Made by a program: the position numbers and the translations under genes | The notes under the pieces: generated by a model | Told to the model about the DNA's origin: nothing | The model's database searches: none | Seen by the model: the letters and a program-made list of their open reading frames with translations, nothing else | Part shown: positions 25,684 to 32,000 of the stretch, piece after piece | Numbering within the stretch: the first letter of the stretch is position 1 | Layout: every line of letters starts with the position of its first letter | Origin: Synechococcus elongatus PCC 6301 | Lineage (GTDB): Bacteria; Cyanobacteriota; Cyanobacteriia; Synechococcales; Synechococcaceae | DNA: 32,000 nucleotides | NCBI RefSeq assembly: GCF_000010065.1 | Contig: NC_006576.1 | Coordinates: 870,001 to 902,000, forward strand | Reading direction: 5' to 3'

Positions 25684-25723
25684 AAAGTGGCCACTTTTTT
25701 TCAAGCTATGACTGGCTTTGAGG
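25684..25723. repeat. Right copy of the 40-nt inverted repeat bracketing terL
   Basis: AAAGTGGCCACTTTTTTTCAAGCTATGACTGGCTTTGAGG. It overlaps the last six codons and the stop codon of terS. Confidence 0.85.
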
Positions 25724-26248
25724 GGGGAGTTCCTCGGGCCCTGCCAGCTCTTCCAGCGCCTGGACCAGCTCTCGCTGCAGACACAGCAAGATTTCGTGGC
25801 GTTGATTCTCGTCCAACTCGCCAGCGATCGCTCGCACCTCATCCACAATCCGAATCGGCACGTTCAGGATGGCGTCTCGCACCCGTCTCGCATGGCTGAA
25901 CCAAGTTACCCGCACGTCTTCAGCGCTCACTAGCTGGCCAGCCCGCTCCTCATAGTCCAGCTGCGCCAGCTTGGCAAGGTAATACTCCCGCTCAGCTTTC
26001 GACTCATTCAGCCCAGGCAGGCTGCTGTCTTCAGGCTCCGCCACTACACGCGGCGCTTTGCTCTTGTGGTGATTCACGTTAGTGTTCTGAGACCATTCAC
26101 GGTCCGCTTGAGCGGGGTCAATCTCCCAGCGCTGCCCCACTTTCACCGCAGACGGCAAACGCCCTGATTGAATCGCCTCAAGCACACCCTTGTGCGAGAC
26201 GTTCCGCATCCGTGCATACGCTCTAGCGCTCACCCGCTGCGACATCAA
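25706..26248 (-). CDS. terS: Terminase small subunit (N-terminal HTH DNA-binding domain)
   Basis: About 180 aa (TTG at 26248 or ATG at 26245). SARAYARMRNVSHKGVLEAIQSGRLPSAVKVGQRWEIDP is a winged-helix/HTH as in Nu1-type small terminases. It lies upstream of terL. Confidence 0.65.
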   Translation of the reverse strand: MMSQRVSARAYARMRNVSHKGVLEAIQSGRLPSAVKVGQRWEIDPAQADREWSQNTNVNHHKSKAPRVVAEPEDSSLPGLNESKAEREYYLAKLAQLDYEERAGQLVSAEDVRVTWFSHARRVRDAILNVPIRIVDEVRAIAGELDENQRHEILLCLQRELVQALEELAGPEELPPQSQS

Positions 26249-26274
26249 ACGCTCAAAACCTAGGCTGTGACTGC

Positions 26275-26280
26275 ATTCTA
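26275..26280 (-). promoter_or_regulatory. TAGAAT box (candidate -10 element) ahead of terS
   Basis: The minus strand reads ACACTGCAGTTTTGAATCCAGCTAGAATGCAG, with 26-29 nt between the box and the terS start. Confidence 0.4.
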
Positions 26281-26414
26281 GCTGGATTCAAAACTGCAGT
26301 GTTAACGACACATTAGCTCAGCTTATCGGCAGCGCTGGGAAGTACCACGAAAGGCTATCGCTAACTCGTTTTGGCGGCTTCGTGACGCCGCACGCTAGAC
26401 CTTTCAGGAGGAAC

Positions 26415-26450
26415 CTACCCGCATACCAATATCAGCGTATGTGCGGGTAG
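26415..26450 (-). other. Stem-loop just downstream of the gpZ-like gene
   Basis: CTACCCGCATAC ... GTATGTGCGGGTAG (a 9-bp perfect stem plus 3 more bp after a bulge). There is no clear U-tract on either strand. Confidence 0.35.
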
Positions 26451-26459
26451 CAAGAAAGC

Positions 26460-27065
26460 TCAAGCGAGCTTGGCAAGTCTGAAGTTCACCTCGCGTTCCA
26501 GCGTTGTCCTGAGCGCTTCCTGCGTGGCCTGCATGACTGGCTCGATCACGGCTTCCTGCTTAAGCATCACGGGAACGCTGATGGTCTTCAGCGGCGTTAT
26601 TGGCAAGCGCGCCTTGCTAGGCACGAACGAGCCGCCGACGTAGGCACCGCGAGCTGCGGGCAGTCCACCGTAGCGGTTCTGGGCTAAACGACCGCCAGGC
26701 ATGAACGCGCCACGAATGAGCTTTCGCTGACCCTTCTTAACCGTGACACTGACACCCTTCGAACCTTGCCTAGGATTGAACCCGCCAAGCGTCGGACGAA
26801 CCGATGAAAACGTCAGGGTGACGGAGTAGGGGCCGCTTGGGCGCGTCTTCATTGCCTCTTTCACTCTTCCAGCCTTAATGGCGTAGATGGAGCGGATACC
26901 CTTGGATGCTTCGACCCCTGCCTTAGTCGTGGCACGCTTCAGTGCCCGCTTGAAGCTGGCGTCGATCACCTCGATTGGGATACGGCCTAGGGCACGATGC
27001 ACTCGCTGCGCATCCTGTGAGTTGACGCGAATCTCTAGTCCAGTGCCAAGGGAAACAATCGGCAT
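26460..27065 (-). CDS. Minor tail / tail completion protein, lambda gpZ-like
   Basis: 201 aa. The basic helical N-terminus (FKRALKRATTKAGVEASKGIRSIYAIKAGRVKEAMK) and the KKGQRKLIRGAFM motif parallel lambda Z (KKGQRSSLKGGG...IPGAFI) as I recall it. The gene is in an unusual position upstream of terS. Confidence 0.55.
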   Translation of the reverse strand: MPIVSLGTGLEIRVNSQDAQRVHRALGRIPIEVIDASFKRALKRATTKAGVEASKGIRSIYAIKAGRVKEAMKTRPSGPYSVTLTFSSVRPTLGGFNPRQGSKGVSVTVKKGQRKLIRGAFMPGGRLAQNRYGGLPAARGAYVGGSFVPSKARLPITPLKTISVPVMLKQEAVIEPVMQATQEALRTTLEREVNFRLAKLA

Positions 27066-27089
27066 GGTGTGACCTGCGCGTAAGAAGGG

Positions 27090-27635
27090 CTACCAGCACG
27101 CTTCTAAGCGAAGAACGCCTTGAGGTGAACGCGATCGCTCGGTAAGAGCTTTGACGCTGCGAGTACTGATGCTCAGGTAAGCGGTGTGGCTCCAAGGCTT
27201 GGTGGGCTTGACGTTGAGTCCGTCGCCGATCGCTGCAGCAATCAAGGCTCCGTTAGAGACGTAGAAGGGCCAACCGTTTGGCAGTCTGTAGAGCGCTTCA
27301 ATGCGGTGCTTCAGCCAGTAGCTGTCAATCTTACGATTCACCTGAGCAGTGCGATCGCACATGGACAGGTAGCGCAGGCACAGAGCAATCTGCGGAAGGT
27401 CCAACTCTGTAAGAGGTGACTTCGGGTGCGTGAGCGAGTTGAAGCCGTGGGCGTCTAGCTCGGGATAGACAGAAAGCGCTTGATCTAAGGCAGTGGCAGC
27501 CTCAAGAAGCTCTCCTTGAGCGAAATAGTGATGCCACTCGGTCTGCCCTACAATGCTGGCCACAGAAGTATTCCGGAACACCGATCGCCCTAGATGAGTT
27601 CGCCGCTCGTCTGGGGCTTTTCGCATTCTAGCCAT
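27090..27635 (-). CDS. Hypothetical protein (orphan)
   Basis: 181-aa ORF with coding-like composition, first gene after the AT-rich iteron region. I recognise no family. Confidence 0.5.
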   Translation of the reverse strand: MARMRKAPDERRTHLGRSVFRNTSVASIVGQTEWHHYFAQGELLEAATALDQALSVYPELDAHGFNSLTHPKSPLTELDLPQIALCLRYLSMCDRTAQVNRKIDSYWLKHRIEALYRLPNGWPFYVSNGALIAAAIGDGLNVKPTKPWSHTAYLSISTRSVKALTERSRSPQGVLRLEACW

Positions 27636-27651
27636 GCAGCCAAAGTTCAGA

Positions 27652-27902
27652 CCGTAAGACGCCGTAAGACGAGCGTAAGGCTCAAAACCCGCTCAGAGAC
27701 TACCTTCTTACTTACTTACACTTCTTACATAGAAATAATAATAATAGAGAGGTGTCTAAGTATATGTACTTAAGGGTGGTTTTAGGTGTTTGTTTTTATA
27801 AAGGGCTATATTTTTCGGCGTAATGCCGTAAGTCGTAAGAAAAGCCCCCAAAAGCTAGTCGCTGCAAGGCTTTTGGGGGCTTACGGTGGTTGATACGGTG
27901 GT
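27652..27902. repeat. Iteron cluster (CGTAAG core, both orientations) around an AT-rich core; candidate replication origin or operator region
   Basis: Direct copies: CCGTAAGAC at 27652-27660 and 27662-27670, GCGTAAGG at 27673-27680, CCGTAAG at 27826-27832, TCGTAAGA at 27833-27840. Inverted copies: CTTAC at 27707-27711, TTAC at 27712-27715 and 27716-27719, TCTTAC at 27723-27728, CTTACGG at 27880-27886. There is also an ACGGTGGT direct repeat at 27883-27890 and 27895-27902. The AT-rich core (27729-27815) contains (AAT)4 and the dyad TAAGTA-tatg-TACTTA. Confidence 0.45.
27842..27882 (-). terminator. Intrinsic terminator of the replication operon
   Basis: A 14-bp perfect stem (AAGCCCCCAAAAGC / GCTTTTGGGGGCTT) with a 13-nt loop. 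On the minus strand it is followed by TTCTTAC. It lies 23 nt downstream of the primase-helicase stop. Confidence 0.6.
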
Positions 27903-27904
27903 CT

Positions 27905-30457
27905 CTAACAGTCGATGGCCGTAAGCGGAATCAGGGTGCATCGCTGGGTTCCTACGCCTGCGAAGTGCATCCCCTGCTTAGGCGTGATCGCGCCTGGCAG
28001 CTTCCTGAGCGCGGAGACGTAGGCGTTAGCCCATCGGGTCTGTCTGACCCACGAGCTGATCTCCTTGGAGCGGTTGCTGACAGCCAGGTAGGTCTGGCCG
28101 TCGACCGCGACGATCTTGAAGCCGTGGCGGCCAAGGATGGCGATCGCCGTCGGGCGATCGACGATCGAGACGACCGAGTTTGGCGTGAACGGCGAAGCGA
28201 TCGCGATCTGAACCAGTTCGCCGATCTGCGCCCGGCGCCCGCCCTCGAGCTGCACTTGGGTCTGGAGTAGGTGCTGGATGCACTCACGCTCCTCGGTGTC
28301 TGTGTCGTCGGGCGCGTAGCTCGACCAGTCCATCGAATCGACCCAGCTAGCGGCCTCCTCCGGCGTCAGTACGTCCTCGCTCATCAGGCTGTAGGCACCG
28401 GCCAGAAGCGTGCCGCACTGGTCGCCGAAGCGCTGGCTGTAACGACCTGCCAAGACTGCCGCTAAAGTGCGAGCGTTGGCGCGGATCGTCGGGATGAGCC
28501 GAAGGGTGCGAGCGGCGATGCGCTTGCCGACATCTGGCGTAATCAGTTCAGCCATCCGCAGTCGCAGCCCTTTCCAGTCATGATTCGGGTCGCCCCTGCG
28601 TAAGGAAAGCAGGCAGAAGCGATCGCGATCGGACTGACGGCTGATAGGGACGTTGACGCTGCTCATGCAGAACATGGCGCGGGCGTCGAAGCGGTTGCAG
28701 CCGCCATCGGTGCGGCCCTTATAGATGCTGCCGGAGTCATCGCTACTGGCCGCTCGGATGAACCCGAGCAGGTTATCCATCTGGCCCTTGTTGGTGTCGT
28801 CTGACGGGTCGGCCTCGTCGAAGACGACCGGTATCGCATCGCGGCCCAGGAGCGATCGCACGCCTGCCTCGCTGGTTGAGGACTGCACAACGTGGCACGC
28901 GCCGCGTAGGATGCCGCGCACATAGTCCCTGAGCACCGTCGACTTGCCCGAGCCTGGGTTGCCCGTCACCCAGACATGGGGACGCCACTCGAGAGCCCCG
29001 CAGAAAGGTGCGAGAGCTGTCCAGCCTGCCAGCAGTGCACCCGATGCGGGTACATCCCAAGAGAACTCGTTGGCGAGGAGAAGGATGGCGATCGCGTCGT
29101 CTGGGTCGACCTCAGTGGTTGCGAAGCTTTGGAGGTCTACAGCCCGCTCGTAGATATAGCGACTGCCTCGTACGGTCATTGAGGTTGTTTCAGCACCTTC
29201 GACCACTAAGCGACCTCCAAGGTGAAGGATAGTCTTGCCGTCGTCCCACCAAGCGCCTCGGCCACGGATCCGAGACGGGTCGAAGACGCCTACGGCTTCG
29301 CACTCACGCATGAGCCAGTTCGCAGCTGACTCCCAATCCGCTCCATTCTTCCTTGGGAAAGTCATCTCCCAGTAGTTGAGAGGAGCGATCTGGATCAGAT
29401 TCAACTTTCGGTGCGAGTTGGCAGTCAGTTCGACGATCTGCTTTGTGCCCCTTGGCAGGTAGTAGTAGCGATCCTTGTCGTAGCCGAGCGCCGTGTAGAG
29501 GCTGTCGTCATCACGCGATCGACTCCGCGCCTCAGATCCGCTCGATGTCGCCTCAAGGCTGGGTTCTGCGTTCTCAACTTCCGATGCCTCGACGCACGCA
29601 GGCGGATCAAGATCCGGCTCCGGCTCGTAGCAGTTCGCTTTCAGCCAGTTCAGCGCATGCTCCGGCGACCAGTCGGCGTCTGCCAGATCCCACGCTTCCG
29701 GAACGCCCTCAGGGTTGCGAACCAAGCGCAGTTCAGCGGCTTCGATCGCGCCTGCGATCGACTGCATGGCAATGATGCCAACTGCGTCAGCGTCAGGCCA
29801 AAGAGCGACCTTGCGTCCTCGTAGGGGTGACCAATCCGCCGTCTGCCAATTCTTGGTGCCGCCGTGCCAAGTCGTGACGACAAAGTTGGGGAAGAGCTTA
29901 GCCGCAGCATCAGCAGCCTTTTCGCCCTCGACGACGATCACAACCGCATCGGGCAGCGCCCTAAGCCGGTCAAGATTGAACAGCGGCAGCTTGCCGGTGG
30001 GGCGCTTCCATTCCCACTTCTCACCGTTCCAGCGACAGGGTCGAATCGACTTTTTCTGTCCGGGCTTGTCCCACCGGATGACGTAGAAATCGTCGCTGTA
30101 ACGCCAGAACGCTGAGGCTCCGCGTATCGGTGGGTCAGGGCGATCGCGCTTGATGCCAAGAAACTGCTCGACCTGGCGGGCTGCCTCTGAGAAGTCCCAG
30201 CCCTTCAGCCGCATGAGCAAGTCGAAGCCAGTGCCACCACCACCCTTCTGATCGCGGCCGCCGCAGTGTGAGCAGAACCAGGTGCCGTTGCCATCGAGGT
30301 CATCGAAGCGGTAGCGAGTCTCACCACCGCAGCAGGGGCAGGGGCTTTCCTTGGTCTTGCTGACCACCAAGAACTCAGGAGCAACACCCCCGAGCTTGTT
30401 TAGGATCTCCGGCCAGCGTCCTCGGGCTGCATCAGAAATCCTAGACATGACCTTCAC
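27905..30457 (-). CDS. Bifunctional DNA primase / P-loop helicase (zinc ribbon + TOPRIM + NTPase)
   Basis: About 850 aa. CPCCGGETRYRFDDLDGNGTWFCSHCGG is a primase-helicase zinc ribbon. VVIVVEGEKAADAA...LWPDADAVG is a TOPRIM domain. GNPGSGKST and VVFDEAD are Walker A and B motifs. The start is either GTG 30457 or, more probably, ATG 30448. Confidence 0.85.
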   Translation of the reverse strand: MKVMSRISDAARGRWPEILNKLGGVAPEFLVVSKTKESPCPCCGGETRYRFDDLDGNGTWFCSHCGGRDQKGGGGTGFDLLMRLKGWDFSEAARQVEQFLGIKRDRPDPPIRGASAFWRYSDDFYVIRWDKPGQKKSIRPCRWNGEKWEWKRPTGKLPLFNLDRLRALPDAVVIVVEGEKAADAAAKLFPNFVVTTWHGGTKNWQTADWSPLRGRKVALWPDADAVGIIAMQSIAGAIEAAELRLVRNPEGVPEAWDLADADWSPEHALNWLKANCYEPEPDLDPPACVEASEVENAEPSLEATSSGSEARSRSRDDDSLYTALGYDKDRYYYLPRGTKQIVELTANSHRKLNLIQIAPLNYWEMTFPRKNGADWESAANWLMRECEAVGVFDPSRIRGRGAWWDDGKTILHLGGRLVVEGAETTSMTVRGSRYIYERAVDLQSFATTEVDPDDAIAILLLANEFSWDVPASGALLAGWTALAPFCGALEWRPHVWVTGNPGSGKSTVLRDYVRGILRGACHVVQSSTSEAGVRSLLGRDAIPVVFDEADPSDDTNKGQMDNLLGFIRAASSDDSGSIYKGRTDGGCNRFDARAMFCMSSVNVPISRQSDRDRFCLLSLRRGDPNHDWKGLRLRMAELITPDVGKRIAARTLRLIPTIRANARTLAAVLAGRYSQRFGDQCGTLLAGAYSLMSEDVLTPEEAASWVDSMDWSSYAPDDTDTEERECIQHLLQTQVQLEGGRRAQIGELVQIAIASPFTPNSVVSIVDRPTAIAILGRHGFKIVAVDGQTYLAVSNRSKEISSWVRQTRWANAYVSALRKLPGAITPKQGMHFAGVGTQRCTLIPLTAIDC

Positions 30458-30803
30458 CTGAAATTATTTTGTTTGCGTCTTGCATCGAGCGCGCCACACC
30501 AGCACGGCCACCGGAGCGCTGTACGAAATCGATGAAACTTTGTTGCTCGGGAGTAACCCGCCCAGTTGGCGTCTTGACCTCGATCGCAGTGAAGAGAGCG
30601 ATCGTCTGACCGACCATGTCGGGCGTGATGGTGACGCGGGTCAGCCCGATCAGGTCAGAGCTGCCAGGGCAGAGTCCAAAGCGGACGAAACGGCCATCAG
30701 CGGCCTTGCAGGTGCCGACGTTGTTGCGCCAAAGCCGGACATCGGGCGACTGGCTCAGCGTCTTCCAGAGGCGTGCCTGCAAACTGGTCTCGCTGTTAGC
30801 CAT
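30441..30803 (-). CDS. VRR-NUC domain nuclease
   Basis: 120 aa. GSSDLIG ... AIEVKTPTGRVTPEQQSFIDFV fits the PD-(D/E)xK core of the VRR-NUC family. It overlaps both neighbouring genes. Confidence 0.75.
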   Translation of the reverse strand: MANSETSLQARLWKTLSQSPDVRLWRNNVGTCKAADGRFVRFGLCPGSSDLIGLTRVTITPDMVGQTIALFTAIEVKTPTGRVTPEQQSFIDFVQRSGGRAGVARSMQDANKIISGEGHV

Positions 30804-32000
30804 GGGCTTGTCCCCACTGCTGACGCTTACTCTGGCGAGCCTTCCAGTAGCGCTGTGCCCAGCCCGGTTTGTAGCCCCGCTTGCGACCCAGTTCGATCAG
30901 TTCTTCAAGGGTCTGAGCCTTGGCCTGCTCTTCCTTCCGCTGCCGAGCGATCGCAGCCTTGTCTAGCTCGATCAGCTCGCCTCTGACCTCTTCAAGACGC
31001 CGCGCTTCGACGACGTAGCGATGGCCGCAGTTCGGGCAAGTCGGCTGAGGCGCGTGAGCACAGAAGCACTTCGGACACTGCCGCACCGTCTCGGGCTTCT
31101 CTTCGCTCTCGCCCTTGCGCGATCGCCGCTTCTCGCCTTCCAGCGTCCACTCGCGATCGGCCTCAGGCAAGCCATGCCTCATGACGTTGCCGACGTGGTC
31201 CAAGATGAGAGCGTGGGACTTCCCAGGGGCTGGTCTGAGAACACGGCCAACCTGCTGAAGGTAGAGCCCGAGCGACTGAGTGGGGCGTAACAAAAGCGCC
31301 GCTGTGACGACTGGGATGTCCGTGCCTTCGGAAACGATTTCGCATGACGTGAGCACTTGAATGCGACCGCTGCCAAGGTCGTCAATCAAGTGCGATCGCG
31401 TCGCCGAATCGAGCGTGCCATCCAAGCTGGCAGCCTTGAAGCCAGCCGAACTGAACTCGACTGCAACCTTCTGGGCGATCTCCACCGAGGCACAGAAACC
31501 GATCGCTGGGACGCCAGGGCAGAGACGCCGGTAGTGGTCGATCGCATCGCCGACAATTACTGGCTTGTCCATCGCCTGAGCCAGCTGATCCTTAGCGTAG
31601 TCGCCCGCCCGCATGCGGACGCCAGTCAGGTCAGCCTGAATTGGCGGAGCGTAAATCTTGGTCGGGCAGAGGAAGCCCCGCTCAGTCAGCTCTGCGATTG
31701 TCGGGCCAATGATGAGGTCGTCGAACACGTCACCCAAGCCACGGCCATCCGTCCGACAGGGTGTTGCAGTCACCCCCAAGACGCGAGACCGAGGATAGGC
31801 ACTCAGCACCTTGCCCCAAGTGTTGTCAGGGACGACGTGGTGAGCCTCATCCACCACAATTAGCTCAGGCTCCCAGTCCAACCGATCTAGTCGTCGAACA
31901 AGCGTCTGCACAGACGCGACCTGTGTCGGGTAGGGCATCCAGCTGAAACCCGAAGCAATCAGTCCATGCCGGACACCCAAGCGATCGAGCGATCGGCTCG
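30796..32000 (-). CDS. Superfamily 2 DEAD/DEAH-box DNA helicase, 5' end outside the window
   Basis: The frame stays open to the window edge. It has motif II VVDEAHH, motif III TATP, helicase-C motifs (SEGTDIP, QQVGRVLR) and a C-terminal zinc ribbon CPKCFC...CPNCGH. The TTG at 31980 in the track is probably not the true start, because Walker A is missing. Confidence 0.85.
   Translation of the reverse strand, partial: SRSLDRLGVRHGLIASGFSWMPYPTQVASVQTLVRRLDRLDWEPELIVVDEAHHVVPDNTWGKVLSAYPRSRVLGVTATPCRTDGRGLGDVFDDLIIGPTIAELTERGFLCPTKIYAPPIQADLTGVRMRAGDYAKDQLAQAMDKPVIVGDAIDHYRRLCPGVPAIGFCASVEIAQKVAVEFSSAGFKAASLDGTLDSATRSHLIDDLGSGRIQVLTSCEIVSEGTDIPVVTAALLLRPTQSLGLYLQQVGRVLRPAPGKSHALILDHVGNVMRHGLPEADREWTLEGEKRRSRKGESEEKPETVRQCPKCFCAHAPQPTCPNCGHRYVVEARRLEEVRGELIELDKAAIARQRKEEQAKAQTLEELIELGRKRGYKPGWAQRYWKARQSKRQQWGQAHG

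Noticed and set aside
26281-26400. tRNA-like string TTAGCTCAGCTTATCGGCAGCGC and a GGCGGC-TTCGTGAC-GCCGC hairpin suggested a tRNA gene.
   Set aside because: I could not fold a cloverleaf. There is no complementary acceptor stem, the D-stem halves do not pair, and the putative T-loop is 8 nt without the G53/C61 closure.
27624-27630. Sixth TAGAATG copy, inside the first codons (ATG GCT AGA ATG) of the 181-aa ORF.
   Set aside because: No start codon lies at the 22-29-nt distance seen for the other five copies, and the copy is within a probable coding sequence. I treat it as coincidental, or at most as marking an alternative start.
1-32000. Searched for CRISPR arrays, a diversity-generating retroelement (template/variable repeat pair near the fibre genes), an integrase or att sites, toxin-antitoxin pairs and tRNA genes.
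   Set aside because: I saw no regularly spaced direct repeats (HIP1 copies are irregularly spaced and mostly intragenic), no reverse-transcriptase-like ORF, no long near-identical repeat involving the fibre 3' end, and no recombinase-like ORF.

Overview
The window is almost entirely the late region of a tailed-phage or prophage genome, plus the end of its replication module. Every credible gene lies on the minus strand, and most neighbours are joined by overlapping stop/start codons. No integrase, repressor or att site is visible, so I cannot tell a prophage from a free phage genome.

Gene order in the direction of transcription (high to low coordinates):
- Replication: SF2 helicase (cut by the window edge), VRR-NUC nuclease, zinc-ribbon/TOPRIM/P-loop primase-helicase.
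- An AT-rich iteron region, an orphan 181-aa gene and a lambda gpZ-like gene.
- Lambda-type packaging and head module: small terminase, GpA-type large terminase, gpW, lambda-family portal, prohead protease-major capsid fusion, DUF2190 protein, head-tail joining proteins.
- P2-type contractile tail: V, PAAR, W, J, I, then three large unknown structural genes, a collar-domain tail fibre and a fibre chaperone.
- Second tail block: sheath, tube, E/E+E' chaperone, tape measure, U, X, D.
- Lysis cassette ending in a T4-type lysozyme.

The DNA is GC-rich and saturated with the cyanobacterial HIP1 octamer GCGATCGC (about 50 copies by eye), so the host is very probably a cyanobacterium.

Observations most worth follow-up:
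1. A 40-nt inverted repeat (37/40 identical) brackets the terL gene, together with an unusual 308-bp AT-rich terS-terL spacer that carries a plus-strand-oriented terminator.
2. A cluster of CGTAAG iterons around an AT-rich core next to the primase-helicase gene is a candidate replication origin.
3. A TAGAAT box recurs 22-29 nt upstream of the first ATG of five gene blocks.
4. A TM plus coiled-coil lysis-cassette ORF is interrupted by an in-frame TAG yet is still stop/start-coupled to the next gene.
5. Small holin-like ORFs and a GGGAAAG -1 frameshift site are missing from the ORF track.
6. A three-gene block of unknown function sits in the receptor-binding part of the tail.
7. A peptidoglycan-hydrolase domain is fused to the gpD hub protein.

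All protein-family calls rest on motif recognition from memory and on synteny. No database search was possible.
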